NCBI GenBank assembly: GCA_965649825.1
Contig: OZ287695.1
Coordinates: forward strand, 124,001 to 188,000
Direction: 5' to 3'
Source: Penicillus capitatus
Lineage: Eukaryota > Plantae > Chlorophyta
Length of the DNA: 64,000 bases
Positions 22,149 through 33,670 of this stretch are shown one piece after another. How positions within the stretch are numbered: the stretch's first letter is position 1; the number at the start of each line of letters is the position of its first letter. Below the pieces are notes generated by a model. That model was not told the DNA's origin, ran no database searches, and was given only the letters and a program-made list of their open reading frames with translations. Both the position numbers and the translations under genes were made by a program.

Positions 22149-25100
22149 ATGCAACGAGGACGCGGTGGACGTGGACGTCGCGGAGGCGGCGAAGGACGAC
22201 AGGGTGGCTACGGTGGTGAGCACGGACGTGGAGGTCGCGGCAGAGGTGAAGGACGACAAGGCGGATACGGCGATTACGGACGTGGAGGTCGTGGACGCGG
22301 TCGAGACGGTGGACGCGGTCGTGGTGGTGGTGGTAAGGAGAACGGTAACGAACCCTCGCGCATTGGGTTACGGCATTTACAGGTGGAAGATCCGTATCTG
22401 CACAAGAAGGGCAAGATGCCACGCGACGTGTTCTCTCTGGACTATCTATCCGTCTCAACAGACCACAAGAACTCGTCCAGGGGCAGGTACGTCGCAACGC
22501 GCTGTATCTTCGCTGTCTGGTACATGACATGGTATTGGCGTAGCTGGTGCGACGTCCTGATCAAGGAGGACGTGCGGGTCGTTCCTTCGAAGTCTTGGCG
22601 AATTTCTTTATGCTGAACGTCGGTGTCCAGACGGTCTACCACTACGACATCGACATTAAGCCGAAAGAGACGCGACGACTTGGTGATGCCCTGACAGGAG
22701 GCCTGGACAAAGTGTGAGGGGCTGTTGTAGGTGAGGATGATGTGGCCGCCGAAGGCCCGCAACTGTTGCCCATCAAACTCTGCAGATCTGTCGTAAACCT
22801 CTGTGCTCAACAAAACAACTGGAAGCCAAGTTGGACCTATGATGGAAGAAAGAATGTGTATTCGCCAGAAGAGTTTATGAGAAGACAGCGCAGTGTATAC
22901 GAGGTGAACATGGGCACTGCAGAACGTCCCAAGATTTTTGAAGTCGGAATTCAATGGGCGTCTACCATTAACATGCTGGACATGCGTCGTTTCCTGGAAG
23001 ACGGCAACGTGCCTCTCCCCAGAGAAGCCCTTCAGAGCATCGAGGTTTGTAACCGTAAGTCTAAAGGATGTCACGAATTTTGTCCTGATGTAGGTGTGCT
23101 TGAAATTCTCGGCGGCGAATCGTCCAGGGTGTTATCTCTCTGGGCGATCGGTCTACCTGGATGATCAAAAGACACACGTAGAGCTATCGAAGACGGCTGA
23201 GTTATGGACAGGATATCATCAAGGAGTCAAACTCTGCCAGCGGGGACTGATCGTGAATGTGGAGACAACCTGTGCTGCATTTCACAAGAAACAGTCCGTT
23301 CTCGATTTTATGCAGACCACTCTCGGACGCAGCTTCAATCAAATGAACAGAACGTGTTCGAATCATGACGTCGCGGCCATGAACAAAGCCATTGCGAATA
23401 TTTTGGTCCAAGTGATGCACAGACAGAACGAGACGAAAAAATTCAGGTGAGCATGATATTCGATCTTCATCTCTGACCCGATGTCCTGTGGATAGATGTC
23501 GAGGCATCACACGAAAGCCTGCTTCACACGAGAAGTTCGATCTCAAGGATGGAAGCGAAATGACAGTGGAGCAATACTGGAAGCAAAAATACGGACCGTT
23601 GCGTTATGCCTGGTTGCCGTGCCTCGATGTCTCGAAGGGCAGAAGAGTGAATTACCTGCCGATGGAGGTTTGCGAGATCGCCCCTGGACAGCGAATTCTG
23701 AAACTCTCTGACGAACTGACGAGGAATATTATTCGTTTCACGGCTGTGAAGCCAGATGAACGCAAAGAGAAAATTCAGTTGGCTCTTGAACAGGCAGGAA
23801 TTGCCCAAGATCCTGCTGCTCAGGCATTCAAGCTACAGATCGACCATAACATGATTAAAGTCTGTCTCCTGACCCGATGTGATTGATGTGACAACTGTGG
23901 TCGGTTTGTGTAGGCACCTGCCAGAATTCTCCCCCAGCCGCATCTTCAATACCACACGCCGCCGTGCTTAGACACTGAAGACAGGGGAGCATGGAACTTG
24001 GTCAACGCTCGTTTTTTGAGGCCTGGACTGATTCGATCGTGGTCCTTGGTCTCATCTATGGACAGAGGGACGGCAGTTCGCAACGACCTTCTTGAATTTA
24101 TCAAAGAGCTGATGCACATGCTGGGGAATGTCGGCATGACGATCCCACAGACCATCTGTCCGCTGGTCAACAAAGAAACCCGAACGACGGAAGAAGCTCT
24201 TACAGAGGCGATGGCAAGGGCACAGAGAGAGTATGGAGAGCCGCCAGATGTCATCCTTTACCTGCTACCCTCCAAAGGTATCCAGCACACCATCTGCATT
24301 TCTGCCATCTCCAAGGACCTGCTGCTCTCGGTTACAGATCCTTATAGCTATCAAGAAGTGAAGCGCGTCGCTGAGAGAGACCTGGGTGTCGTCACACAGT
24401 GCTTCGTGGCCACGTCTGCGGGAATCGGTATGCTTGACGGGGTATCAACAAGACTGCATCGTTTGCCATCTACCTGTAGGATGCCCAGCACGTGGTCGTG
24501 CTCAGTATCTTGCGAATCTAGCGATGAAAATAAATCATAAAGTGGGAGGCGTCAACACAAGAATGATGCCGGTAGATCAGAACAACTTTCCAGTTCTTGG
24601 CCAAATGGGCAGAAGACCCTTCATCGTCTTTGGTGCCGATGTGACACACCCACCGCCGTCAAGATTCGAATCGGATGCAGGAGATCCTTCCATCGGAGCC
24701 GTCGTCGGCAGCATGGATCCGTACACCCGATATCTACCCCCTCTCCTTCTGACACCTGTTCTGTGATATTCTAGACATCTGGGTCAGTTTGCTGCCAGAG
24801 TGATGGCGATGGAGAGGGGAAAGGAGAAGATGTCGATGAGCATGGCCATCAAGGATCTCTTCTTGCAGTTCCATCGACGAAACAATCTGAAACCGGAAGC
24901 CATCTTCTTCTACAGAGATGGTGTCTCGGAAGGACAGTTTCTAGAGGTGCTCGAGCACGAATATAGCGAAATTAAGAAGGTGATGCCTAGCATTCCTTTT
25001 TGTGGTGATGTGACAGATGTGGTCTGTTAGGCCTGCCACAGTCTGGACCCGAATTATAACCCGCCAATTACCTTAATCGTTGTGCAAAAGTCCCATCACA

Positions 25101-25560
25101 CGCGTCTGTTTCCTATCCGTCGAGAAGACGGGGACCGAAATGGAAATGTTAAACCAGGGACGTGTGTAGACACGTCCATTACCTCCAAGTATGAATTCGA
25201 CTTCTACCTGAATTCCCATGCCGGCATTCAAGGTCCAGATCCACATCCACCTGTCGGATTTCGTTCAGCCCCTCTGCATTGCTACTAGGAACCAATAAAC
25301 CAGCGCATTACTATGTTCTGGTCGACGAGAACGGAATGGGATCGGACGGCATGCAGTTGTTTACCTACTGGATGTGCTATCTCTACTGCAGATGCACTCG
25401 ATCCGTCTCGTATGCTCCACCGGCCTACTATGCCCATCTCGCCGCAATGCATGGGCGGTATCTCGTGGATCAGCGGTCAGATTCGCCGTCGGACGGTTCC
25501 AATGACGGACAGACGTCGATATTTCATGAAAACCTCAAAGAGAGGATGTTTTTTGTATAG
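22149..25560 (+). CDS. AGO: Argonaute (RGG-rich N-terminus, N, PAZ, MID, PIWI)
   Basis: [22 protein letters not shown]; YDGRKNVYS; [31 protein letters not shown]; LGVVTQC; [14 protein letters not shown]; GADVTHP; [10 protein letters not shown]; QKSHHTRLF; GTNKPAHY; [18 protein letters not shown]; ends MFFV*. Confidence 0.97.
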
Positions 25561-25977
25561 TTACCAGATGGTATGCCAAAGGGCAAGTTTTGACATTCTG
25601 TTTCTTTGCTTGATCAGACTAGACGCACAAGTGATCGATGCTTTTGAGAAAAAGTCAATGGATGTGACTGTTCAACGCTGTTGACCTTGCTGTTATATTG
25701 TAAAGGGATAGATGGATCGATGACATGACAGTGTCCGTTGCCTCGATGGATCCTCTCAGATTCTGGCACCTCACGGAAAGGATCGCGTGAATCTGGAATC
25801 GATCAACGTTACAACGTTGGTGCATTCAGTGCAAAACCCTTTAACCCGGTTGCTTCTACCTCTATGCGTTTCATGTGGGGCAGATGTATGGTGACCGATG
25901 ATCATTTTGGGCCTGATAGCCGAGATACAATAACTTTCATCAACGAGAAAGCGTCGGACTATCAAACGTCAACGTCA

Positions 25978-28837
25978 TCATGGTGAGAGTAAGCTAACAA
26001 GGGCAGCTTGCATTTCATAGGTGCAATCCGCAGCAAAAGAATCACAGATAACATGTAAAGGCATCAACCCGTCCCTATTGGTTATCGATTTCGACGCTCC
26101 GGCGTCGGACAATGCCTAAACAGCCATCCCACCACGCCGTGAGAATCGCACTCGTGGATAAAGTGAGAGATGACCTGCACGACACTGACGTGACCTTTAC
26201 TCGCCGCCAGATGCAACGGAGTCCACCCATAGCTCGTCGCGGCATCTATGTCAGCACCATGAGAAATAAGTATCTGAGAACATCGACTTTAGCGCAGCTC
26301 AGGGGCACGATCTAGAGACGGACTTTCACACTCTGAAGGTGTCCTCCATCGGCAGCGAAATGAAGCGATGACCACAGTAATTGATCTGTCGCGTCGATAT
26401 CGGCATCGTGTGCAATCAGGGCCTAAGAAGAGACGTCACATCAAATCGTCTCGCCGGATGAAAGAGAGAGGCTCATCACCTTCATGACATCGAAGTGTCC
26501 TTCTCCGGCCGCTTCGTGTAGTGCCGATCTTTTGTTGATGTCGAGCTTGTGAACATCTGCCTCGTGCGACAGAAGGACCTGAATAGACATGGCAGAATTC
26601 GGATTGCCTCTGCAAAGGGTGCTGACCTTCACGACTCCGACGTGACCTTCAGAAGACGCAAAGTGCAGTGGCGTCGACCCAGTGTCGTCAATCACATCAA
26701 CCACTGCTCCATACGCGATGAGGAACTTGAAAACACAGTCCGTCCGTCTACGTCGTGTCAAAGTGACAGATGCTGCCATACTTCGACGACATTAGGATGT
26801 CCCCCAAAACTCGCTTGGTGCAGTGGTAAGAGACCAAATCTTGTGGTGGCGTGAACATTTGCGCCAAAAATAACGAGATGCTGGCAGAAGGCAATGATAT
26901 GAGATGGAGAGGAGGGAGTGAGCACACTTTCACGATGGGCAAATCTCCTTTGAACGATGCCATGTGCAGCGACGTCCACCGATTGAAGTCGATAGCATCC
27001 ACTTTTGCACCGGCACTCAGAAAAACCTACACACCACACAGCACCCTTTCAAGCTTCTCATGCCGAAGAAAGTCTCGTTAAGAGGAAGCTACGGTTAGAA
27101 TTGGGGAACAGGAACAGTTGGCTAAAGTAGAGTGACATCCAAAAAGCCAGCCTCGTTGGTGATGTGGCCTCAGACATTGCTCTTAGGTCATGTGGTGGCG
27201 CACGTACCTTTACTGCAGGTCTGGATCCACAGAGAACAGCAGCATGTAGGGGGGTTAGCTTCTTGGCATTAGTCCATTCCAAGGTGGCCTCATGCTCCAA
27301 AAACACCTGCATGCCACAAAGTCATGTAGATGGACTGCACGAAGTCAGCATTCGGTGAGACCTTGGCGCATTTTGTGGCATCAAAGCAAGCAGCCCAGTG
27401 CAGCAGCGTAGAATTTTTTACCAAAGGATAGTCACGAAGCCGTGTGTTGTGATAGGTGGTGTCAATATCTAGACCGTCTGAGAGAATGGCCTCGGCCTCG
27501 ACTCCATTGTCCGAACGAATCGCATTGATCATTTTCTGCACATCTCTCTTTGTAACGAAGCGATCGCACAGATGGACATGTGCACACCTGGAGGAGATCC
27601 TTATTCGACGCTTTCTTAACTCCGGGATCTTTCTCAGGCAATCTTGCCGTCTTGGGTCCCCTCACAGTGTCGTCCTTCGCAGATTCAGGTGTCTTGTCCT
27701 CTCCTTTATGCTTAGAAGAGGGTTCCTGCATACAAGGCATGGTTCAGTCGTCCATGATGGGGATGATGCACCTTGAGTTCTGCATCTGTCAAGTTTGTAA
27801 TCCAAGAAAGGAAAAACTCTACGCTAGTGTACAATCCAGGGAGTGTTGTTGCATTGCTCTCATCTGTGTTAATGGATGGAATGCCAACCAGGCGGTCCCT
27901 ACGTGGAGATCCTTCTGAGATATTCCCGTCCGGGGCATCAGCTATCAGCAAAGGAGCTCCAAAATGACCTAAGCGACCGAGGCATCCGCAAATGGTCTGT
28001 AAGAGAAAAGGGGTCGTCCTACATGACGGACTCTTTCTATCTTGGAGCTCAGCACAGATACTCCGTCCTTTTCTGGCATGCCCGTGGTGTTTTTTGCAGT
28101 CTGAATGCTTCAACACTTGCATTTCTGGTGAAATTTTCATCCCCCCATAAAAGTCTTTCCCAGCACTGTCCATTTTCCAGTCGATCGCGATAAGGACTTC
28201 ACGAGCACGGGACCGCCATCCTCGTGTATGCATCTTCGGCAGAGTGAGGTTCGCTGCCCGATCCAATTTCAGCAAAGCAACATCGTACCCGTCTTCAGTT
28301 TTACCCGTCCAGTGGTCATGCAGATGCACGGCCTTAGTAACGAATGCCTTGAACAACGACACGTCTTGTACATTTGTCACATCGATGGAGCACGACCCCT
28401 TTCATGTTCTTAGTTCCGTTGACATCCATGCCGCAAAGGACAAGTGGTGGAGTTCTTTTGAAACTCGACGGTTCAGCATCCAGACAGTGAGCAGACGTGA
28501 GCACCCACTTCGGTCGAATCAATGTCCCGCTGCATTTTCGCTTCTTCGTCTTTCCGCTGTGAATCGAACAAACAAAAGGAAATCGATTCTCCGCGACTCT
28601 CGTCCAGTTCTGTGCACCACAGCGAAAAACACGCACTCTGGCAACATCCGCCTTACGATGCCTCACCTGACAATGCGTTTCTGAGGCGGATTTAAGAACT
28701 TCGCCTCGGAGATGTTCTGCACGAAGAGTTCAGAAGAGGTAGGGAGGGAAAGGAGGATTGCTTTGTCTGCCGTGGGCCGATTGTAATGCGGCGAACAGTA
28801 AAACGAAGACGGTGGTTACGAAGTGTGCTTTCTGCAT
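25978..28837 (-). CDS. Gene A: signal peptide, S1 protease-like domain (catalytic Ser replaced), linker, ankyrin array (7 repeat exons)
   Basis: MQKAHFVTTVFVLLFAALQSAHG; WVLTSAHC; GYDVALL; HFGAP where GDSGGP is expected; cap exon ..TLLHWAACFDATKCAK; seven 33-aa exons; terminal GLMPLHVICDSFAADC..LLSP*. Confidence 0.82.
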
Positions 28838-31169
28838 GGGAGCTGTTTCAAAGATAGGTCTTAGACGATGCTGAGTTATTCAGAAAATAACAGAGGCCAA
28901 GAAAATATCGACACCAAAAGACCGGGAGACGGTTCGGTACCACCGGCCAAACGACTGTTCCGCGACGTGGCAGTACGTGGAGAACGTAGGGAATGACAAC
29001 CTCACTGACAATCATGCACTCGATGCCTCGCCACGTCATTCGATATCCGTCCTGTCTGCGTTCGTGTCCGATAGGGGATAGACAGATAAATGCCGCAGTA
29101 CGAAGTGGAAGAAGAAGCGCTGCGCAGAGGCATGGACTCTATGACAAGCTTTACGCGGTTGGCATCCGTTGTTAAGTGGTGGCTACCAAAAGTATGAGAA
29201 TGTACCTCAATGTGCCTCTTGCAAAGAAAGAGTTCTTCCCATTGTGGAGAGCAGACTTGTCTGTCGTTCTGAATGGTGGGAGTGAAATTTGGTTGTTGTT
29301 GGCTCAAGGGATATGGATGACGCTTTGTCCCTCATTCCTGCAGCAGAGAGCCTCTGCTGCTTAACAAAAGACACTTATCCGATGGTGTGTGGAGTTTGAG
29401 GAGTTGTTCGGAACAGCGGGATGCAAGGTAACAAACTCAGTGTCGATCGGGGCTGGCGATGACGATGCATTTGGGCAGAGGTCTTCGTTTGACGATGAAG
29501 AATCAAGAACTGTGATGCCATCTGTTAAACTCGAATAGAGATTGAGTATTGCTCATGCAGTACCGAACAATGCTTTGACAAAAGCAGTCTAATTGATTTC
29601 GAACGTTCGGCGACTGCTTCAAGCAAACGTCAAACACACAAACAGTGAAGATGGGTACTCACAAGTGAAACAAAGATGAAGCACATTTTATCATGTAGTG
29701 CACGCAGACAAAGTGTCAACGATATCCAAATATCGGTGCTAAAGAGAAGCCTCCTTCCAATGGTTCGTACGCATTTGTAACCACATATTCACAGACACTT
29801 ATCACTCATTTCTGTCAGAAGAGTGAGCTTGTCGCTATCTTCTCTCCATCTCGACCCAAGCAGAAAATTCTCCGCACTGGATTCTTCCAGTTTGTGCATT
29901 CGGTTCTTTTCTAGTACAGATTTTGTTTGTTTTCAGTCATGGATGTCATTAGAAGACTCCTGACTGGAGAACGTTTCTCTATGGCTACACTAAGTTTCTA
30001 TCTTTTTTGCCAAAAGCGCATAGAAAAATGCTAGTGCCATTGTCGTCGGGCATCTTTGCTCATAGATAGATGGATGTTATCTGCATCTGTGAACGTCGAC
30101 CTGGCGGCCGAGTCCGGACCGGATGGCGAACCGCGCAGGGGGACTCGTCAGCAATGCTATTTACATAGCTAGAGGACGAACACAACAGGGCAGTTCCGTT
30201 TAAATACCCAGCAGTGGGAGAGTCACATCATTATGTAAGCGCATCGTCACTCACACCTCGCGTCATGCGTTCCAGTGATGTTCTGCTGGCGTGGCGCCAC
30301 AAGGACGGTTTGCACGCCAGCAGCGTCTCCTCGCCAGAAGACCCGTGGCAGAACCAGCTACCTCTCGCAGCATCTGAAATTAGGTGGTCATGTTATGAGA
30401 GATTTCCTTGTGGCCGAATGGGATAGATATATCCAGGATGTCAGAGATTGTCATGTGCTATTTAAGGCTATTTGTGGGTTCTATAAAACTCTCGCATTTC
30501 ACATATTAAAAACACTTGTAATAGAGGAAACAGGTTTCTACAATCACGCAAGACAGATCTGGAGTCAGATATCTATCATTCGAGACCGAACAGTTGATCT
30601 GTGCAACAAGTTCATTGTCGACCAAAGCGAGCATCAGAAATGTAAGTGTTGAGAGATGGGACTGCTAGATCGATGACAACAGTGAGTGCAAACCGAAAAG
30701 ACATAAGTCTACTGTCACAATAAGGTGATTGTAGCATGTAGACGAAGACTAAGGCGGCTCCGTAAACAACATGATTGCTACTGTATGGATTTGGATGAAT
30801 AAGAGACTACTAGGGCCCCAGACGACAGAGAAAAGTTCTAGCTTACATGGGCCTCAAGCCAGAGGCATAGGGGTAATGACCCATGTACAAGTTGGTCGGG
30901 AGAGTACATTGTAAGGAACGACAGTAGCATTTTTTCTCATCTTAATCATGTTCGGGGAACCTTTTGGCGAGCACTTTGCGTAAAATGCGGCAAGCGGTAT
31001 GAGCGAGTCCATTTAAAAATAAAGGGCGGTCGGAGAAACAGTCAGGACGGTGGTGAGCATATGCAGGACAGGAGAAAAGATGAAAACGCGATTCCACTTG
31101 ATGACAGTACGGCACAAGTAGATATTTGAAACTGATGACTACGTAGTTTAAGCGCCGTTCTCTTTGAGT

Positions 31170-33670
31170 TCAAAGCCAAAGTCCGTGGATGGCGACTGTC
31201 GCCGAACAATAAACCAAAAAACAAAAGCCAATACATGTGACAGAAACAAACACAAATCCCTTGACCCCTCCCCAAATGACGACACCGAACAGTAATAGAG
31301 AGCAAAAAAGAAAGCCACCCACTACAATCAATGCTACGATCTTAATTTTGTCACAGTCGCAGGAGCCAATGCTACAGTTATACAAGATAGTTCCGATGAT
31401 GATCAAACCGCATCCTCCAAGTACACATCCTACGCCAAGGGCAATGTTCATGTCACACCATCCACCAAAATGAGATGCGCATCTGACAAGCCACCGCTCG
31501 TCGCACGCCCACCTAGTGCAGTAGTTTTTTTCCGCTTCAGTACACCGACAAACTGCCGAAGAGATCTGATAACTGGAAGAGATGTTCGCCTGCCAGACGC
31601 GACAGTACTCTCCACTCGCGTCATCAGCCGCACATTCGTAGTACTCTTCTGTATCGATCTCGCCGTTTGATTTCTGCACGCAACTCCACTTCAGACAATA
31701 ACGATCCTTCTCAGATCTCGTTTCGCACACGCAGTCTCTGTCGTCCCTCGAACAGTGCCATGACTCGCAGACAGGTGAGCCTCTTTCAGAATCACAACGA
31801 CATGCTGTGGGATCTCGATCGCCCGAGGAATGAGTGGTCTCCCATGATTGACAGCAGTCTCGGCGCTTGTGAATGCAGCGAAACTCTTCGTGGTACGATC
31901 CCCTTGCTTTCTTGTACAGACCTCCTCTGTACTTCCCGGACTCTGAGTAATATCCAGCATCTCGTTTAAGAACATTCCAGGAGGCGAGAGAAACATCGCC
32001 TCCAGCTGAAAGTTCCACTTTCTCTGTTCTGTTTTTGGAAACTTGACTTTTTGGTTGAACGGAGTTTGATGAAGAAACAGTGTCGTTGATATTGTCTTCG
32101 CGTGACGAGAGTGGCATTTCCTGCAAGGCATGGATGGTCAGAATTCGGGTTGCCTCACCTCTCTTACCTCTTCTGACGGTAGCGAATGGATCGACTGGGT
32201 AACACCATTTTTGTCCGGTGCATCATCTTCCTCCTGGAATGAAAACATCAACAAGAGAAAAGCATCATGAGCATTCGTTACTTCATCCACCAATTCGACA
32301 ATGGGTTTGAAGGTGTCTTGTGTTGAACTCCTCTGAACAGACAGGGAGATATTGTCTTCTTCTGCCGAACTCCTCTGAACAGACAGGGAGATATTGTCTT
32401 CTTCTGCCGAAGTCCTCTGAACGGACAGGGAGTCATTCTGTACACCAAGAAGTCTTTTAGGCGTCGTTTAAACATCCCCTCTATGAGCTCAAAGTGTTGC
32501 GAGCACATGTTTATCGAGCAGGCACTCTCATCAGTGAAAACGAAGCTACTAGCTACCACTAGCATAAAAAGACCGCTTTTTGTCATAGACATCTTACTTT
32601 GGTAACCTCTCCGTCGATAACACTCGTTATCCAGTCCCAAAAGTGACCGATGCGCAGGTACACACCTGGTGGGCTTCCGTCACAGTCAGTGGACCCAAAG
32701 GAAATGACGCCAACGATCAGATCGCGCTCAGGCCTTCCAGCCGGCAGGTCGCCGTTCGGCCTGTTCGGAATGAGTAACGGACCTCCAGAGTCACCTAAAC
32801 GAAGAAGAACGTAATTTGAGGCAAAGTCGGATAGAAGAGAGATATGTCTCACCTTTGCAGGTGTCTTCGTTCATCAATCCAGCACAGACCATCTGTTCGT
32901 CTATTTTGTAACCGAACCTTTCTCTGCAACTCAGAGGAGGGAGGTAGACTAGGTTCTCTGCCATCTTCAGTCGATTTGGAAACGCGCCTGTCTGTGTTCC
33001 ACCCCAACCTAGGGCGGTGAAAAGTCGCCCGTTTCTGAATTCGCCTCCCTGTCTATCGAATGCCGGGAGTGTGATGTTCGCCTTCCTGTCCAGTTTGATC
33101 ACAGCAATGTCGTATCCTCCGTTCACATCCCTTGTCCAGGAGTCATGGACGTAAGTGGCCACGCCATTGAAGGTCTAACAAACAGAAAAAGCTAAGGGCT
33201 CAGCTGTCGATTTGGCCGAGAGAACCAGTTCGGGAATATTGTCGTCAAGATCGTGTATCCCGCAGTAGACGAGAGGGTTTCTTCCGGTCGAACCGGTGTG
33301 GAAGGGATCAACGCAGTGGGCGGCCGTCACCACCCACTTCTGACGGAAGAGAATCCCTCCGCAGAAGTGGCTTTCGTCCGCTCTGTCTAGCAGACTGCAG
33401 ACGTACGGGAATCTGCCAACCGGCGCTTCTTTTTCTTTCTATCGGACAACGGGGAACACACTGACAAAGCACGTTGTCAACCGAGGTGAACTCACCGCTA
33501 TTCTCGGAACGCTGTTCGTGAAGTTGGAGCTCTTTTTTTCGCCTAGTTAACGCCGTGCGAAATTCGCAGGTTGGTACAGCTGTATGAAGTGAAATACTTG
33601 TTTGGGCGACAGACGCACCGGGACTGGATATGAATAGCACAAATATGAAATGCGTGAGTGCTCTCTTCAT
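31170..33670 (-). CDS. Gene B: signal peptide, trypsin-like S1 protease, acidic stalk, Cys-rich domain, 3 TM helices
   Basis: MKRALTHFIFVLFISS; VVTAAHC, GYDIAVI, EDTCKGDSGGP. Phase-0 exons NDSLSVQR.., EEDDAPDK.. and EMPLSSRED.. link to the 31170-32126 Cys-rich/TM ORF. The fusion is inferred from splice phase. Confidence 0.78.
32325..32437. repeat. 42-bp coding tandem repeat (~2.7 copies) in the stalk of gene B
   Basis: gaactcctctgaacagacagggagatattgtcttcttctgcc twice plus a partial copy; encodes SAEEDNISLSVQRS on the minus strand. Confidence 0.9.

Noticed and set aside
28990-29540. Ser-rich minus-strand reading frames between genes A and B
   Set aside because: Low complexity, no start or family evidence.
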